DNA of 64,000 nt from Candidatus Latescibacterota bacterium (GTDB lineage Bacteria > Latescibacterota > UBA2968 > GCA-2709665): NCBI GenBank assembly GCA_965116875.1, contig OZ220733.1:5120001-5184000 (forward strand). The letters run 5' to 3'. The notes beneath the pieces are model-generated. The model did no database searches. It saw nothing but the letters and a program-made list of their open reading frames with translations, and was not told the origin of the DNA. The translations under genes were made by a program, and so were the position numbers. The first letter of the stretch is position 1; the number at the start of each line of letters is the position of its first letter. This document shows, piece after piece, positions 1-10,460 of this stretch.

Positions 1-170
1 CGCGCCGGTTCCGGCTTCCCGTATCGATGGGCTACGTTACGGTTTCCCCTCAGGGAACGCTTGTTCCTGAACTGCGGACCGTTGAGATCGAGTAGGTATA
101 GGCGAAAGAATCTTTGAATTCGACATCCGAACCGGGACTCCAACCCCCCACCGCATCAGCCGTCGCCGGT

Positions 171-360
171 CCCTTCGACACGCTCCGGTCAGCGCCTTCG
201 ACCCTTCGACAATCCTTCGGCCCTTCGACAGGCTCAGGGACCACAGGCTTGCTTCGACAGGCCACTTCGACAAGCTCAGTGCAAGCAGCACAAGCAGGAC
301 AACGGCTCAGGGACCACAGGCTCAGTGCAAGCAGCACAAGCAGGGCAAGTCCTCTGGCGG
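171..360. repeat. Cluster of nested/tandem REP-like units (CCCTTCGACAGGCTCAGGG / CACTTCGACAAGCTCAGTGCAAGC)
   Basis: CTTCGAC recurs about six times in 171-271; GGCTCAGGGACCACAGG and GCTCAGTGCAAGCAGCACAAGCAGG each occur twice; related single units at 21128-21170 and 47054-47077. Confidence 0.85.
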
Positions 361-422
361 ACAGTTGAGGCCAACGAGTGGCGGATGCACTTCCTATCAA
401 ACGACGCATGAGGATACCTCAA

Positions 423-2093
423 ATGACGAGCGATGCCAGAACGACGGATGGCGCCCATGCAGAATGGGTGATTTCGCGTATGGTCAGGCCTGCCGAGTTG
501 GAGAATTCCGGGCATATCGCGGAGAGCAAGGGCAAGGGGCCGGAGGTCTGGGCGATGTTCTGCGCGACGATACGCGGCGACCTGGAAGCGATTCAGAGTC
601 TTGCCGGGCGCAACCCAGACCTGATCCGTTGCGTACACTACTACACCCAACCCATAAAGTTCGCGGTGCGCGAGGGTCACGCGGAGGTCGTCCGCTACCT
701 CCTGAAAAAGGGCGCCAGTCCTTTCTACCGGACCCGGATTTTTCACGACTCGCTGGTCAACCTGGCGTCCGACCGGGAACACGACCATATCGTGAAAATC
801 CTGGAAGCAGCCATCAGCGAACGGAGCGGCGGGTACACGCGGGATACGGAACCCCTTGCGAATGAACTCATCGACGCTGTTCGCGCGCGCGATTATGAAA
901 AAACAGCACATATTGTCCGAAATTCTCCTGAACGGGTCAAATTGAGCAACGCGAACGGGACCACGGCGCTTCACGAGGCGGTTTCGATCGGCGACTTCCA
1001 CCTGACTCGACTGCTCCTGGATAGCGGCGCCGATATTCAGGCGCAGGCCGGCACGGGCTTCAGCACCGGGCAGAAGGCCATCCACGTCGCGCTCTACGCC
1101 GGATGGCGGGACCGGATTCTCATACGCAAGAGAGCGGCGCTGGCGGGCTATCTGGTCGCCCGGGGCTCGGACTACAATATTCTCGTGGCCTCCGCGTTCG
1201 GCGACTCCCGGCGGGTCCGGGAATACCTGGACGCGGAACCATCGCTGGCAAACTTCCGCGACACCTGCGACCGGTTGCCGATTTCCATCGCGGCCAGCCG
1301 GGGCCATCACGACATCGTGGAACTTCTGCTCGAAAGGGGCGCCGATCCAAACGCGCGGGAACCGGACGCACCCCGAGGAAAAGCCCTGCTCGAGGCGGCA
1401 TTCCATGGACACACCGCCACCGCCCGGTTGCTTCTCGAACACGGCGCCGACCCCAACGGCAACGTGGACTCCACCGGCACGGCATTCCACCATGCCAGAA
1501 AGAACCCCGAGCTCTATGAATTGATGAAATCGTACGGCGGCAGGTCGGATATCATCCCCCCGATCAGCGCCGCGGTCAACGCCAACAACCTGGAGGGCGT
1601 TGAGAGAATACTCACCCAAAACCCCGAAGAGATCGCGAACGCGAAACTGGGCAATCCCGCACGGCGCGGCAGGCTGGAAATGGTGAAGCTGCTCCTGAAG
1701 CACGGCGCGACCATGACAGACAAGAACCACGGCTCGTTCTTCCGGGTCTACGAAACGGCGAAATACCTGCTTGAAAACGGGGCCAATCCAAATTACCGGA
1801 ACTGGCAGGGGATCTCTTCCCTCCACTCGGTCGCCCACGAGGGAGACGTCCGGAGAGCCGGTCTACTGCTGGACTACGGCGCGGAGATCAACGCGATCGA
1901 ACCCGAGTACTGTGCGACGCCGCTGGGGCTGGCGTGCCGGGCGGGTCATGCGCCTATGGTGGCGTTTCTCCTCACACGGGGAGCAGACGCCGGCCTGCCG
2001 CACGAACATCCGTGGGCGAGGCCCCTCACCTGGGCGGAAAAGAAAGATCACCCTGAGGTCGCCCGGATTCTTCGGGACCACGGGGCCAGGTAG
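423..2093 (+). CDS. Ankyrin repeat protein
   Basis: Multiple ankyrin motifs (GTTALHEAV, LLERGADPNA, LLEHGADPNG, TPLGLACRAGH); ORF is open from 378, ATG 423 chosen because GAGGA precedes it. Confidence 0.9.
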   Translation: MTSDARTTDGAHAEWVISRMVRPAELENSGHIAESKGKGPEVWAMFCATIRGDLEAIQSLAGRNPDLIRCVHYYTQPIKFAVREGHAEVVRYLLKKGASPFYRTRIFHDSLVNLASDREHDHIVKILEAAISERSGGYTRDTEPLANELIDAVRARDYEKTAHIVRNSPERVKLSNANGTTALHEAVSIGDFHLTRLLLDSGADIQAQAGTGFSTGQKAIHVALYAGWRDRILIRKRAALAGYLVARGSDYNILVASAFGDSRRVREYLDAEPSLANFRDTCDRLPISIAASRGHHDIVELLLERGADPNAREPDAPRGKALLEAAFHGHTATARLLLEHGADPNGNVDSTGTAFHHARKNPELYELMKSYGGRSDIIPPISAAVNANNLEGVERILTQNPEEIANAKLGNPARRGRLEMVKLLLKHGATMTDKNHGSFFRVYETAKYLLENGANPNYRNWQGISSLHSVAHEGDVRRAGLLLDYGAEINAIEPEYCATPLGLACRAGHAPMVAFLLTRGADAGLPHEHPWARPLTWAEKKDHPEVARILRDHGAR

Positions 2094-2183
2094 AAATACG
2101 AACTGTACTGTTTGAGGGTTAAGGAGCGCGTTCCGGGGGACCGGATCGACTGCGACTCCCCCGACGCGAAACCATGCGTGCGG

Positions 2184-2903
2184 TCAGGCCGACCCGCGCG
2201 ACGCCCACCACCTGGCGATGGGGAAAGGCGCATAGACCAGGAAAAACATGGCCAGCCCGATGACGTCCAGAAAGACGAGATACCACGGCCACGGCAGAAA
2301 GAAGAAGGGCGAGACCGTTCCCCACGGAGGTGAGGAGAGGTACATGTAATTCGAACCGGAGAGCAGGTTGACAATAGCAGCAACCGCCGCCAGGACGTGC
2401 AGCCAGAGAAATGCGCGGAAGAGCCCGCCCGGAGTCGGCCGCATGTTCAAACCCCAGGTGGCGTACAGGACCCCGGCAACGATTCCCGAGTGTGAGAAGA
2501 AATACTGGATGAACCGGTACTCCGGATAGTCAACTGCCAGATTTCCGGGCGTGATCACCGCGTTCGCCGATCCGGCGAGGCCCCAGAAATAGGCGACCTC
2601 ATAGAGCTTCTGATTGTGAAACAGCAGGGTAAGGGAGGTCAGGAAGGTCGCGACACCACAGAGGTGGAGGGGAAGGAAGTATCGAAGAAAGACACCGGGG
2701 CCGTATCCGGCGACCCGGAAACCCCAGTGGATCAGCTCATTGCCGAGGAGGACGCCCCCCAGAACAAAGCCCACAACGGCCGCGGCGCGTGCGCCAACCC
2801 GCTTCGCCATCAGCGACAGCAGAATCGGCAGGGCCAGCGTCAACGCCATCGCGACGAGGTGCGGGGTGCCAAACGTCTGAAATCCGCCGGTCAACGCGCC
2901 CAT
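2184..2903 (-). CDS. YwaF/TIGR02206-type integral membrane protein
   Basis: Hydrophobic helices with LPLHLC, YFFSHSG, NYMYL and PWPWY motifs; ATG 2903 overlaps the stop of the upstream lyase gene. Confidence 0.8.
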   Translation of the reverse strand: MGALTGGFQTFGTPHLVAMALTLALPILLSLMAKRVGARAAAVVGFVLGGVLLGNELIHWGFRVAGYGPGVFLRYFLPLHLCGVATFLTSLTLLFHNQKLYEVAYFWGLAGSANAVITPGNLAVDYPEYRFIQYFFSHSGIVAGVLYATWGLNMRPTPGGLFRAFLWLHVLAAVAAIVNLLSGSNYMYLSSPPWGTVSPFFFLPWPWYLVFLDVIGLAMFFLVYAPFPIARWWASRGSA

Positions 2904-4858
2904 CCCTCGCCCGAGGCCAGGTCTCTTCCCACCCGCCACGTCTCACCCGACGCGTTGACGGTCATCTCCACGCGGTCGTCCCCCGCCCGCAACTCCTCGG
3001 GCAGTTCCGCCGATACTGCCGGCGTACTGGTACCTCGATAGGGATAGATCACGGCCCCGAAAACCGCGGGCGCCTGGCTGTCGAGCGCGAACCGGAATCC
3101 CTTTCGCGGCGTGCGATGGCCGTATTCCCAGGCGAACCAGCCCGTTTCCTCAATCATCGATGCCGGAGACCCGGCCGCCGCCTGTACCAGGACGTTGGCA
3201 TCTTCAAATCGCGTGAACGCCTTGTTTTCCGCGTTGTCGAACGTGACGTCGCCGGGCGCAAGCTGGAAGTGCAGGTCCAGCTGACCCGGCGCAATGCCGA
3301 TCGCCTCGTCGAGCAGAACGAAGAAGCGACGGTCCAGGAACCATACGGAACGACGGTGGATGAGCCCGGGATAGGACCCGTTTTCGACCACCAGCACGTC
3401 TGTGTCCGCCCCCTCGGAGACCCACATGAATTCGCGCGCGTCGTCGGCGATATCCCGGCCGTCCAGCGTCAGGGTCTGGTGAACCGAGGTCTGCCGGTGC
3501 CAGGCACGGGCTTCGTTGTCTCTACCGTAGGTATAGAAGCCCGTATCGTTCATCAGCCAGCGTCCATAGGCGTACAGCTCAAACGTCCCGTTGTCGGGCT
3601 GGTCGTGGCTTGAAATCGCTGGCGGCGAACAGTGCAGCGCCATATGGATCTGATCGGGACCCCAGTCATTGCGCATGACGTAGAAGCCTGCTTCCGAGAA
3701 TGCGCGGCTCTTCTCCTCAGGCAGGGCTTCGCGATTCAGATTCGCCCTTGCCTCGTATTTGGGATCCCCCAGCAATTCCGACGCAGCCACCAGTTCGCCG
3801 TAGAGCGGCCACTTTGTCCGGTCGTCCGTGGCGACCAGAGGACGGGAACCGTCTCCGAACATCGGCGGCGTGAGATCGGGCGACGCGACCCAGAAAATAT
3901 AGTCGTACATCCTCCGCACGCGCTCCAGGAATTCCGGCGAAGCCTGCATGTCGAAGACTTCCAGGCGCGAGAGGATTTCCACGGCGTCGCGCAGGACGCC
4001 CTGGTGATATCCGAACGACCACTCCCTCTGGACGCCGTCGGTCGTTGTCTGCGCCAGGATGTTCTCCTCCACGCGCGCCAGCCCCAGTTCCATCCAGTCG
4101 CGCGCTTCCCTGAACTCGCTGAACGTATAGGCGACGTTGATAAATCCGCGCTGTTCGAACACCGCCTTGTTGTGGATGAGGCCCATGGGAATCAGCGTCG
4201 TTTTTGTCTGATGGTCGTACACACTCGCAAGAAGCACGCCCAGAAACTCCGGCGTGAACGCCTCGGACTGGATCAGCCCGCGAAAAGCCGCGCAGATGTT
4301 CGTGGCCCGGATGCCCGTCTGCAGGTCCAGCCATGCGAATCCCTTCCACCATTTGTATACGGGATGGGTTCTGGTATGTTTTTCGAGCGGATGTTTTGAT
4401 ATCCAGTCGGACGCCAGTTCGACGAATGCCCGCGCGTACTTTTCATCGCTAGATGCCGCGTAGGCGTTTACGAGCGGCGCGGCCCAGTTAAATCGATAGA
4501 CGACGCATACCCACTCGATATCCCCGGGCGGGTCCCACTCCCAGTCGAAATCGTCGCCATATTGCGCCTCGTCGTACGGCCCCCATTGAATGATACGGCG
4601 GCAGATCTTGTCCGCCTCAGTATGATCACCCTCTTCAACCGCCTCCCCCAGCGGAAATTTCGCCCTGTAATAGTCGCGCAACGCGGAGAGGGCGCCCGTC
4701 CTGTCGCCCGCGTCTGCCGCCCGTTTCACGTCTTCCAGACCGGCCGTTGTCAGATCCAGTTTTTCAAGAATGCGATCGGGGTCGAACGACGTCAGCGGCA
4801 TCTCGTGATCGATCTGGTCCGCGCCCGCGGGGCGCTCTACGACGTAAGTCATTTCCAT
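2891..4858 (-). CDS. Heparinase II/III family (alginate/heparin lyase-like) protein
   Basis: N-terminal helical region (HNKAVFE, DGVQREWSFGYH) and C-terminal GFYVMR..SHDQPDNGTFELY..TSVHQTL..HRRSVWF motifs. Confidence 0.85.
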   Translation of the reverse strand: MEMTYVVERPAGADQIDHEMPLTSFDPDRILEKLDLTTAGLEDVKRAADAGDRTGALSALRDYYRAKFPLGEAVEEGDHTEADKICRRIIQWGPYDEAQYGDDFDWEWDPPGDIEWVCVVYRFNWAAPLVNAYAASSDEKYARAFVELASDWISKHPLEKHTRTHPVYKWWKGFAWLDLQTGIRATNICAAFRGLIQSEAFTPEFLGVLLASVYDHQTKTTLIPMGLIHNKAVFEQRGFINVAYTFSEFREARDWMELGLARVEENILAQTTTDGVQREWSFGYHQGVLRDAVEILSRLEVFDMQASPEFLERVRRMYDYIFWVASPDLTPPMFGDGSRPLVATDDRTKWPLYGELVAASELLGDPKYEARANLNREALPEEKSRAFSEAGFYVMRNDWGPDQIHMALHCSPPAISSHDQPDNGTFELYAYGRWLMNDTGFYTYGRDNEARAWHRQTSVHQTLTLDGRDIADDAREFMWVSEGADTDVLVVENGSYPGLIHRRSVWFLDRRFFVLLDEAIGIAPGQLDLHFQLAPGDVTFDNAENKAFTRFEDANVLVQAAAGSPASMIEETGWFAWEYGHRTPRKGFRFALDSQAPAVFGAVIYPYRGTSTPAVSAELPEELRAGDDRVEMTVNASGETWRVGRDLASGEGWAR

Positions 4859-5469
4859 TCCCTCGATGACAGGTTAACCTACCGGCGAATCCAATGAACC
4901 GCTTCTTGCCGGATTCCTTCGAAACGCACCTAAATTACGCCCCAGCCGGTGCGATGGCAACACCATTGTTGCGGATTCCTGTGGAAGAGCAACATGGATG
5001 GGCTGGATGAAAACCGGAGAACGCGGTTTCGCGGTCGTTTCCCGGCAGCGGGCGGACGGAGACGCCAGGCGCATTGCGCAGGGCCGGAAATGTCCCTATA
5101 TTGGGCGACGACTCCCGGTTCTCCCACCTGGAAACGGCATGTACACGGATGCAGACGGCGTATCCAGGCTTTCCACGGGTAAGCGCTCTCTGCTTGCGTC
5201 GATCCTGAGTCCGTCGTCCAATTCTACCGGTCTGCATCGTTATTACGCCTCCCTTCCCGCGTGTGTGCGAAACCGCTTTACTTCAAGTCCCTGAACGTCG
5301 AATAAAGCGTAATAGCCCTGACGCCGGTATCGGTGAAGATGAAATTCTGTCAACCCCTGGCTGAGGTTATTGAAGAGCAACGATTGTACGTCCATATCGC
5401 CGTTCTTTGTGTAAATTTGAAAGTAGCACTTGCAAATTGCACTTTATTTCGGTACATTTCGCAATCCTT

Positions 5470-6654
5470 ATGATTGCTCGCGAGATCACAGACAGACTGG
5501 TCGCGTTGTTCCGCCAGTACCCGTTTGTTACTCTGACGGGCCCACGTCAGTCCGGCAAGACGACGCTCTGTCGCGCCGCGTTTCCCCATCTCAAATACGT
5601 CAACCTGGAGGCGCCCGATCAACGCCTGTTCGCCGAAACCGACCCTCGCGGATTTCTCTCGCAGCACGGCGACGGCGTCATTCTGGATGAAATCCAGCGG
5701 GTCCCGCAACTCCTTTCCTACCTTCAGGTCCTCGCCGACGAAAATGGTGGAAACAGTCTTTACGTCCTCACCGGCAGCGAGCAGTTCAGGCTCTCGGATA
5801 CCATCAGCCAGTCACTGGCGGGACGTACGGCGCTGCTGTGCCTGCTGCCGTTCACAGTTGACGAACGGCGTCGCGCGGGAGCCGGCGGCAGTGTCGACGA
5901 CATCCTGTACTCCGGGTTTTATCCACGAATCCACGATCAGAAACTGGAACCGCGGCAGGCGCTGGGCGACTATTTCGAAACCTACGTCGAACGAGACGTG
6001 CGTCGCCTCGGTGAAATCCGCAACCTCAGCAGTTTTCGTCGATTCGCGCGCCTGTGCGCCGGGCGCGTGGGGCAACTGCTGAATGTCTCATCATTGGGCG
6101 CCGACGCGGGCGTTTCCCATACCACGGCGCGTGAGTGGCTGTCAATTCTCGAGGCCAGCTACGTAGTCTTCCAACTCCCGCCCTTCTTCGCAAATATCCG
6201 CAAGCGCCTGATCAAATCGCCCAAACTCTACTTTTACGACGTGGGATTGGCGAGTTATCTGATCGGAATCGAAAACGCCGGTCAGATCGCGACCCATCCG
6301 CTGCGTGGCGCTCTGTTCGAAAATGCCGTTGTCGCCGAGGCAACAAAGTACTTGTTCAATCGCGGCCGCCGGTCCAATCTGGCCTTTTTCCGCGATATAC
6401 GCGGCCTCGAGTGCGACCTTCTCTATGAAACGGGAGATCGAATTGGCGCCATAGAGGTCAAATCCGGCGCCACCGTCGCATCGGACTTCTTCGATGGACT
6501 GAACCGGATTGCCAGGCTTCTGCCGCAGGTCTCGGACAGGGGACTGGTTTATGGGGGTTCGTTTCGGCAGACCAGAGGAGACGTCGACGTGGTCACGCTG
6601 GACGACATCAGCGACTTGCTACAACGATTCGACAATAGCGAGAAAAACTTATAA
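5470..6654 (+). CDS. AAA_14 ATPase with DUF4143 C-terminal domain
   Basis: Walker A GPRQSGKT, Walker B ILDEIQ, LTGS, KSPKLYFYDVG, GALFEN, ECDLL..IEVKSG; start at MIAREI. Confidence 0.9.
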   Translation: MIAREITDRLVALFRQYPFVTLTGPRQSGKTTLCRAAFPHLKYVNLEAPDQRLFAETDPRGFLSQHGDGVILDEIQRVPQLLSYLQVLADENGGNSLYVLTGSEQFRLSDTISQSLAGRTALLCLLPFTVDERRRAGAGGSVDDILYSGFYPRIHDQKLEPRQALGDYFETYVERDVRRLGEIRNLSSFRRFARLCAGRVGQLLNVSSLGADAGVSHTTAREWLSILEASYVVFQLPPFFANIRKRLIKSPKLYFYDVGLASYLIGIENAGQIATHPLRGALFENAVVAEATKYLFNRGRRSNLAFFRDIRGLECDLLYETGDRIGAIEVKSGATVASDFFDGLNRIARLLPQVSDRGLVYGGSFRQTRGDVDVVTLDDISDLLQRFDNSEKNL

Positions 6655-6681
6655 GTAGCTGAAAAAAAAGGATTTGTAATT

Positions 6682-7665
6682 ATGGATTCGATTCGTCTGG
6701 GTCTGGTCGGTTCGGGGGGCATGGCGCACAGCCGCGCGGGCGCGTTCTCGAAAATGCAGGGATACACGCTTAGCGCCCTGGCCGCAAGGAATCCTCAGTC
6801 GGGCGCGGAACTGGCGAGTCGATACGATCTGCCGTTGCTGGGAGATTGGCGGAACCTGATCGACCGTACAGACGTTGACGCGGTCGTGGTCTGCACCAAC
6901 AACGACAGCCATGGCCCAATCGCGCGAGCCAGCCTGGAGGCCGGCAAGCCCGTCTTTCTCGAATACCCTCTCGCGCGACACGTTGACGAAGGGACCGCTC
7001 TGGTCGACCAGGCGCGTTCCACCGGAACGGTGCTGCGCGTAGCCCATCCGGAGGTCGTGTCCGCGTCACATCGGCGGCTCAAGGAGACCGTCGGTTCGCT
7101 GGGCGGACTGTTGCTGGCGCTGTTCGTGCGGCTGACGCCGGGGAAAGGGGCGCGACCGGAGGTGCTGTTCAACGTCCACGCGTCGGGGCCGCCGAGTCTC
7201 TTCTTCGTCTACCATGTGTATCCGGTGGTCGACCTGTTCGGTCCGGCGTCCTGGGTGGAGGGATACGCACACTACGACGGCATGGACAGCAGCGGCACGT
7301 ACGAACGCTTCGTCAATCGCGTCGCCGTCGGAATCGCAGGGGGCGGGACGGCAGAATGGACCTGGGCGGGCGGGATTTCAATCGGAAAGGCCGAACAGGT
7401 TCAGCGATTCGTGCTGGAGGGAGGAACGCTGGTCCACGAGGGTGAAGTCTGGAATATTTCGGCTGCAGACGGCAAAGAGGTATCGCTGCCGCCCGCCGGA
7501 CGGGAGACGTCGCTGGAAGAACTCTTTCTGGAGGAAGTACACCGCAGACGGGATGATTGGCGATCGGACCTGGATACGGCCCTCGAAGCCGTTCGCATCG
7601 GGCTGGGCGCCGAGGAAGCGGCGAACCGCGGCGGCCGCGTACATCTTGGGACCGACGCGTCATGA
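6682..7665 (+). CDS. Gfo/Idh/MocA family oxidoreductase
   Basis: N-terminal GLVGSGGMA Rossmann motif, DVDAVVVCT, GKPVFLEYP. Confidence 0.85.
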   Translation: MDSIRLGLVGSGGMAHSRAGAFSKMQGYTLSALAARNPQSGAELASRYDLPLLGDWRNLIDRTDVDAVVVCTNNDSHGPIARASLEAGKPVFLEYPLARHVDEGTALVDQARSTGTVLRVAHPEVVSASHRRLKETVGSLGGLLLALFVRLTPGKGARPEVLFNVHASGPPSLFFVYHVYPVVDLFGPASWVEGYAHYDGMDSSGTYERFVNRVAVGIAGGGTAEWTWAGGISIGKAEQVQRFVLEGGTLVHEGEVWNISAADGKEVSLPPAGRETSLEELFLEEVHRRRDDWRSDLDTALEAVRIGLGAEEAANRGGRVHLGTDAS

Positions 7666-7684
7666 CGATTAACGGAGACTGAAA

Positions 7685-10426
7685 ATGGAGCCGTGCAAAA
7701 CCGCGCCGCACATCGCACGGGGGTTCGGAAAAAGCATCGGAACAGCGACCCTGGTCGTTGCGTTCATCCTCGTGTCCTTTCCTGGGGCGGCCGGCGCCGG
7801 CGCCTTCTCGTTCGCCCTCATCGGAGACGTACCCTACGCCGATGCCGACAGTATCCGGTTCGCAAGGTTGACCGATATGATCAACGCGGACGACGACGTA
7901 CAATGGGTCATCCACGCGGGCGACATCAAGCGTGGCGGACAACCGTGCACGGATGCGGTTCTGGAAGGTCGACTGGAAAGGTTCAACCGTTTCGATGACC
8001 CGTTCATCCTTACGCCGGGCGACAACGAATGGACGGACTGTCATCGCAAGGTCGCCGGCCGTTTCGATCCGCTGGAACGCCTGCGGAAACTGCGGACCCT
8101 GTTCTATCCCCGTGCCGGGATGACGCTCGGCAAGCGGACGATGCGGGTTGAATCCCAGGCGTCGGCGCCTGAATACAGCGAGTTTGTCGAGAATGTCCGC
8201 TGGGAACGGGCCGGGGTTCAATTCGCAACCATCCACATTGTGGGGAGCAGAAACGGGTTGCGAGGGTTTCAACGCCGGGATTCGACCGAGGTTGGCGCGG
8301 TCCCGATGAGGACGAAACGGCACGACGCGGCGGTGGAGCGGCGCACCAATGCGGGAATCGCATGGCTTCGACAGGCTTTCGCCGCGGCGGGTGAATCGGG
8401 CAGAGCGCTGTTTTTGACCCTGCATGCGTCGATGGGCCTGGAGCAAAATCCGGCGCCGGACCCGCCCCACTTCCAGGCGGTCCTCGACGTGTTGCGCGAG
8501 GAAACGGAGCGATTCGGAAGGCCGGTCGTACTGGCGCACGGCGATTCCCACTATTTCAGGATCGACAAACCGCTCCGACGCAAGGGAGGCGGCAGGCGAG
8601 TTGTGAATTTCACGCGCGTGGAGACGTTCGGCGCGTCAGACGTTCACTGGATCGAGGTCACGGTGGATCCCGCCAGTGAGAACGTGTTCCACTTCGAGCA
8701 GAGAATCGTGAAGGAGGAACGAACGAGCGAAAGTCAACGCATAGCTACGGAGAGGACCGGAATGACCACCGAAAAAACCGGCGCATCGGAACGCACGCCG
8801 CAAGACGTCCTCGACGCCATGCACCGCCCGTCCTGGTGCGTGAACACGGCGGAGGGGCGCCTTTACTGGGAACTGATCGGCGCCGCGATCCGCAATGATG
8901 CCGCAGCCCTGCGCGAACATCTGCGCGAGGACCCGGACTGTGCCAGGCTGCAGTTCTGGTACACCCCGCCGATCCACTTCGCAGTGAGGGAGGGCAGTCT
9001 CGACGCAACGAAAGTGTTGTGGCAAGCCTATGCGCACGACGAGGTGAGCGATCTGATTGTCATGGCCGAAGACCGCGGCCACACTTCGGTCGCAGACTAT
9101 CTCAGGGAAGCCTCCGGGCCCGTTTCGGATGCGCCGGACCCGAGGCTACACAAAGCGATCAACGCCGGAGATCACGCGGAGATCCAGCGTCTGCTTGAGG
9201 TTGCGGACGGGATCGAATTACAGCGGGACGCGGAAGGAAGGACCGCGCTCCATCTCGCCGTCATCGCGAATGACCGCGCGGCGGTAAAGGCGCTCCTCGA
9301 CAGCGACGTGGACGTGGATGCCACCGACCACGCCGGTTTCCGCGCCATCCACTACACGTACTGGAAGGACCTGATGTGGCACCGGTCGAAGGCGAGTCCC
9401 GATCTGGCGGAACTTCTGTTGAACGCCGGGTCCCGAGACAGCCCCGCACTGGCTGCCGCGAGGGGAGATCTGGACGCCGTCATGGCGTTTGTCAACGCCG
9501 ATCCATCCGCCGCGAACGAGGGCGAGAGCCTTCAGAAACGCCCGCTGTCAGCCGCGGTGGAACGCGGCCACCGCAACATCGTCCGCTTCCTGCTGGAAAA
9601 CGGGGCGGACCCCAGTCTGCCGGAAAGCCGGCTGTGCCCCTACGGCGCATCGCTGATGACCGCAACCGTGCAGGACGACCTGGAAGTTGCAACCTGGCTG
9701 CTTGAAGCCGGGGCCGATCCGAATGGACACGTGGACTCCTCCGGGTCCCCCGCAATCCGCGCCCGTTCGGACGCCATGCGCGGCCTGCTCTACGGCTACG
9801 GCGGACGCGCATCCGGAGCGTGGGGCTACGTGCAGCGCGGTGAGTTCGAGACGGTGGCCGCCGTCCTGCGTTACACGGACGATCCGTTTACAGGCGAGGA
9901 GAGCGAGTACCTGACCACGCCCTACACGGCCGTGATCAGCGGCTGCGGGCGGATGGAGGACCGGGGAGAATCCACGGACGCTCACGAGGCGATGTTCAAT
10001 ATGTTCCTGCAGCGCAAACACCCGATGCCCCGCGTGCTGACCGCGTGCAAGACCTACCTCTACCACGTGCCCCGCATGACGCGCCGGCTCCTCGAACATG
10101 GACTGGATCCGGACCTGCCCGACTGGCAGCGACGGACCCCGCTGCACGACCTCTGCCGCGGCAACCGGGCCGTGTCCGACGCCGGAGAAATGGTGCGCAT
10201 GTTCCTCGAATTCGGCGCTGACGTCAATGCAATCGACGAGGAAGACCGGTCCACGCCCCTGGGAATCGCCGCGCGCGAAGGCAACGCGGAACTGGTCGGG
10301 CTGCTGCTGGACAGCGGCGCCGATCCAAACGCGGCCGGCGCCCGATGGGCGACGCCGCTGGCGTTGGCGGAACGACGCGGTCACGACGACATCGCGAAGC
10401 TTCTGCGCAGCCGGGGCGCCCGGTAG
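7685..10426 (+). CDS. Calcineurin-like metallophosphoesterase fused in frame to an ankyrin repeat protein (possibly two genes; internal start at 8762)
   Basis: N-terminal hydrophobic signal, then GDVPY, HAGDIK, PGDNEWTDC, HGDSH motifs; ankyrin repeats from about residue 400; internal SD GGAGAGG and ATG at 8762. Confidence 0.8.
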   Translation: MEPCKTAPHIARGFGKSIGTATLVVAFILVSFPGAAGAGAFSFALIGDVPYADADSIRFARLTDMINADDDVQWVIHAGDIKRGGQPCTDAVLEGRLERFNRFDDPFILTPGDNEWTDCHRKVAGRFDPLERLRKLRTLFYPRAGMTLGKRTMRVESQASAPEYSEFVENVRWERAGVQFATIHIVGSRNGLRGFQRRDSTEVGAVPMRTKRHDAAVERRTNAGIAWLRQAFAAAGESGRALFLTLHASMGLEQNPAPDPPHFQAVLDVLREETERFGRPVVLAHGDSHYFRIDKPLRRKGGGRRVVNFTRVETFGASDVHWIEVTVDPASENVFHFEQRIVKEERTSESQRIATERTGMTTEKTGASERTPQDVLDAMHRPSWCVNTAEGRLYWELIGAAIRNDAAALREHLREDPDCARLQFWYTPPIHFAVREGSLDATKVLWQAYAHDEVSDLIVMAEDRGHTSVADYLREASGPVSDAPDPRLHKAINAGDHAEIQRLLEVADGIELQRDAEGRTALHLAVIANDRAAVKALLDSDVDVDATDHAGFRAIHYTYWKDLMWHRSKASPDLAELLLNAGSRDSPALAAARGDLDAVMAFVNADPSAANEGESLQKRPLSAAVERGHRNIVRFLLENGADPSLPESRLCPYGASLMTATVQDDLEVATWLLEAGADPNGHVDSSGSPAIRARSDAMRGLLYGYGGRASGAWGYVQRGEFETVAAVLRYTDDPFTGEESEYLTTPYTAVISGCGRMEDRGESTDAHEAMFNMFLQRKHPMPRVLTACKTYLYHVPRMTRRLLEHGLDPDLPDWQRRTPLHDLCRGNRAVSDAGEMVRMFLEFGADVNAIDEEDRSTPLGIAAREGNAELVGLLLDSGADPNAAGARWATPLALAERRGHDDIAKLLRSRGAR

Positions 10427-10460
10427 ATTACCTTTTGTTGTCAACGGGAGTGTTTTGAAG

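Noticed and set aside
171-360. Possible CRISPR array
   Set aside because: Repeats are irregular and nested, with no unique constant-length spacers; no cas genes in the window
4860-5400. Several short ORFs in the intergenic gap, one (4935-5237) preceded by GGGAGG
   Set aside because: No recognisable motif or consistent coding frame; may be a decayed gene but cannot be supported
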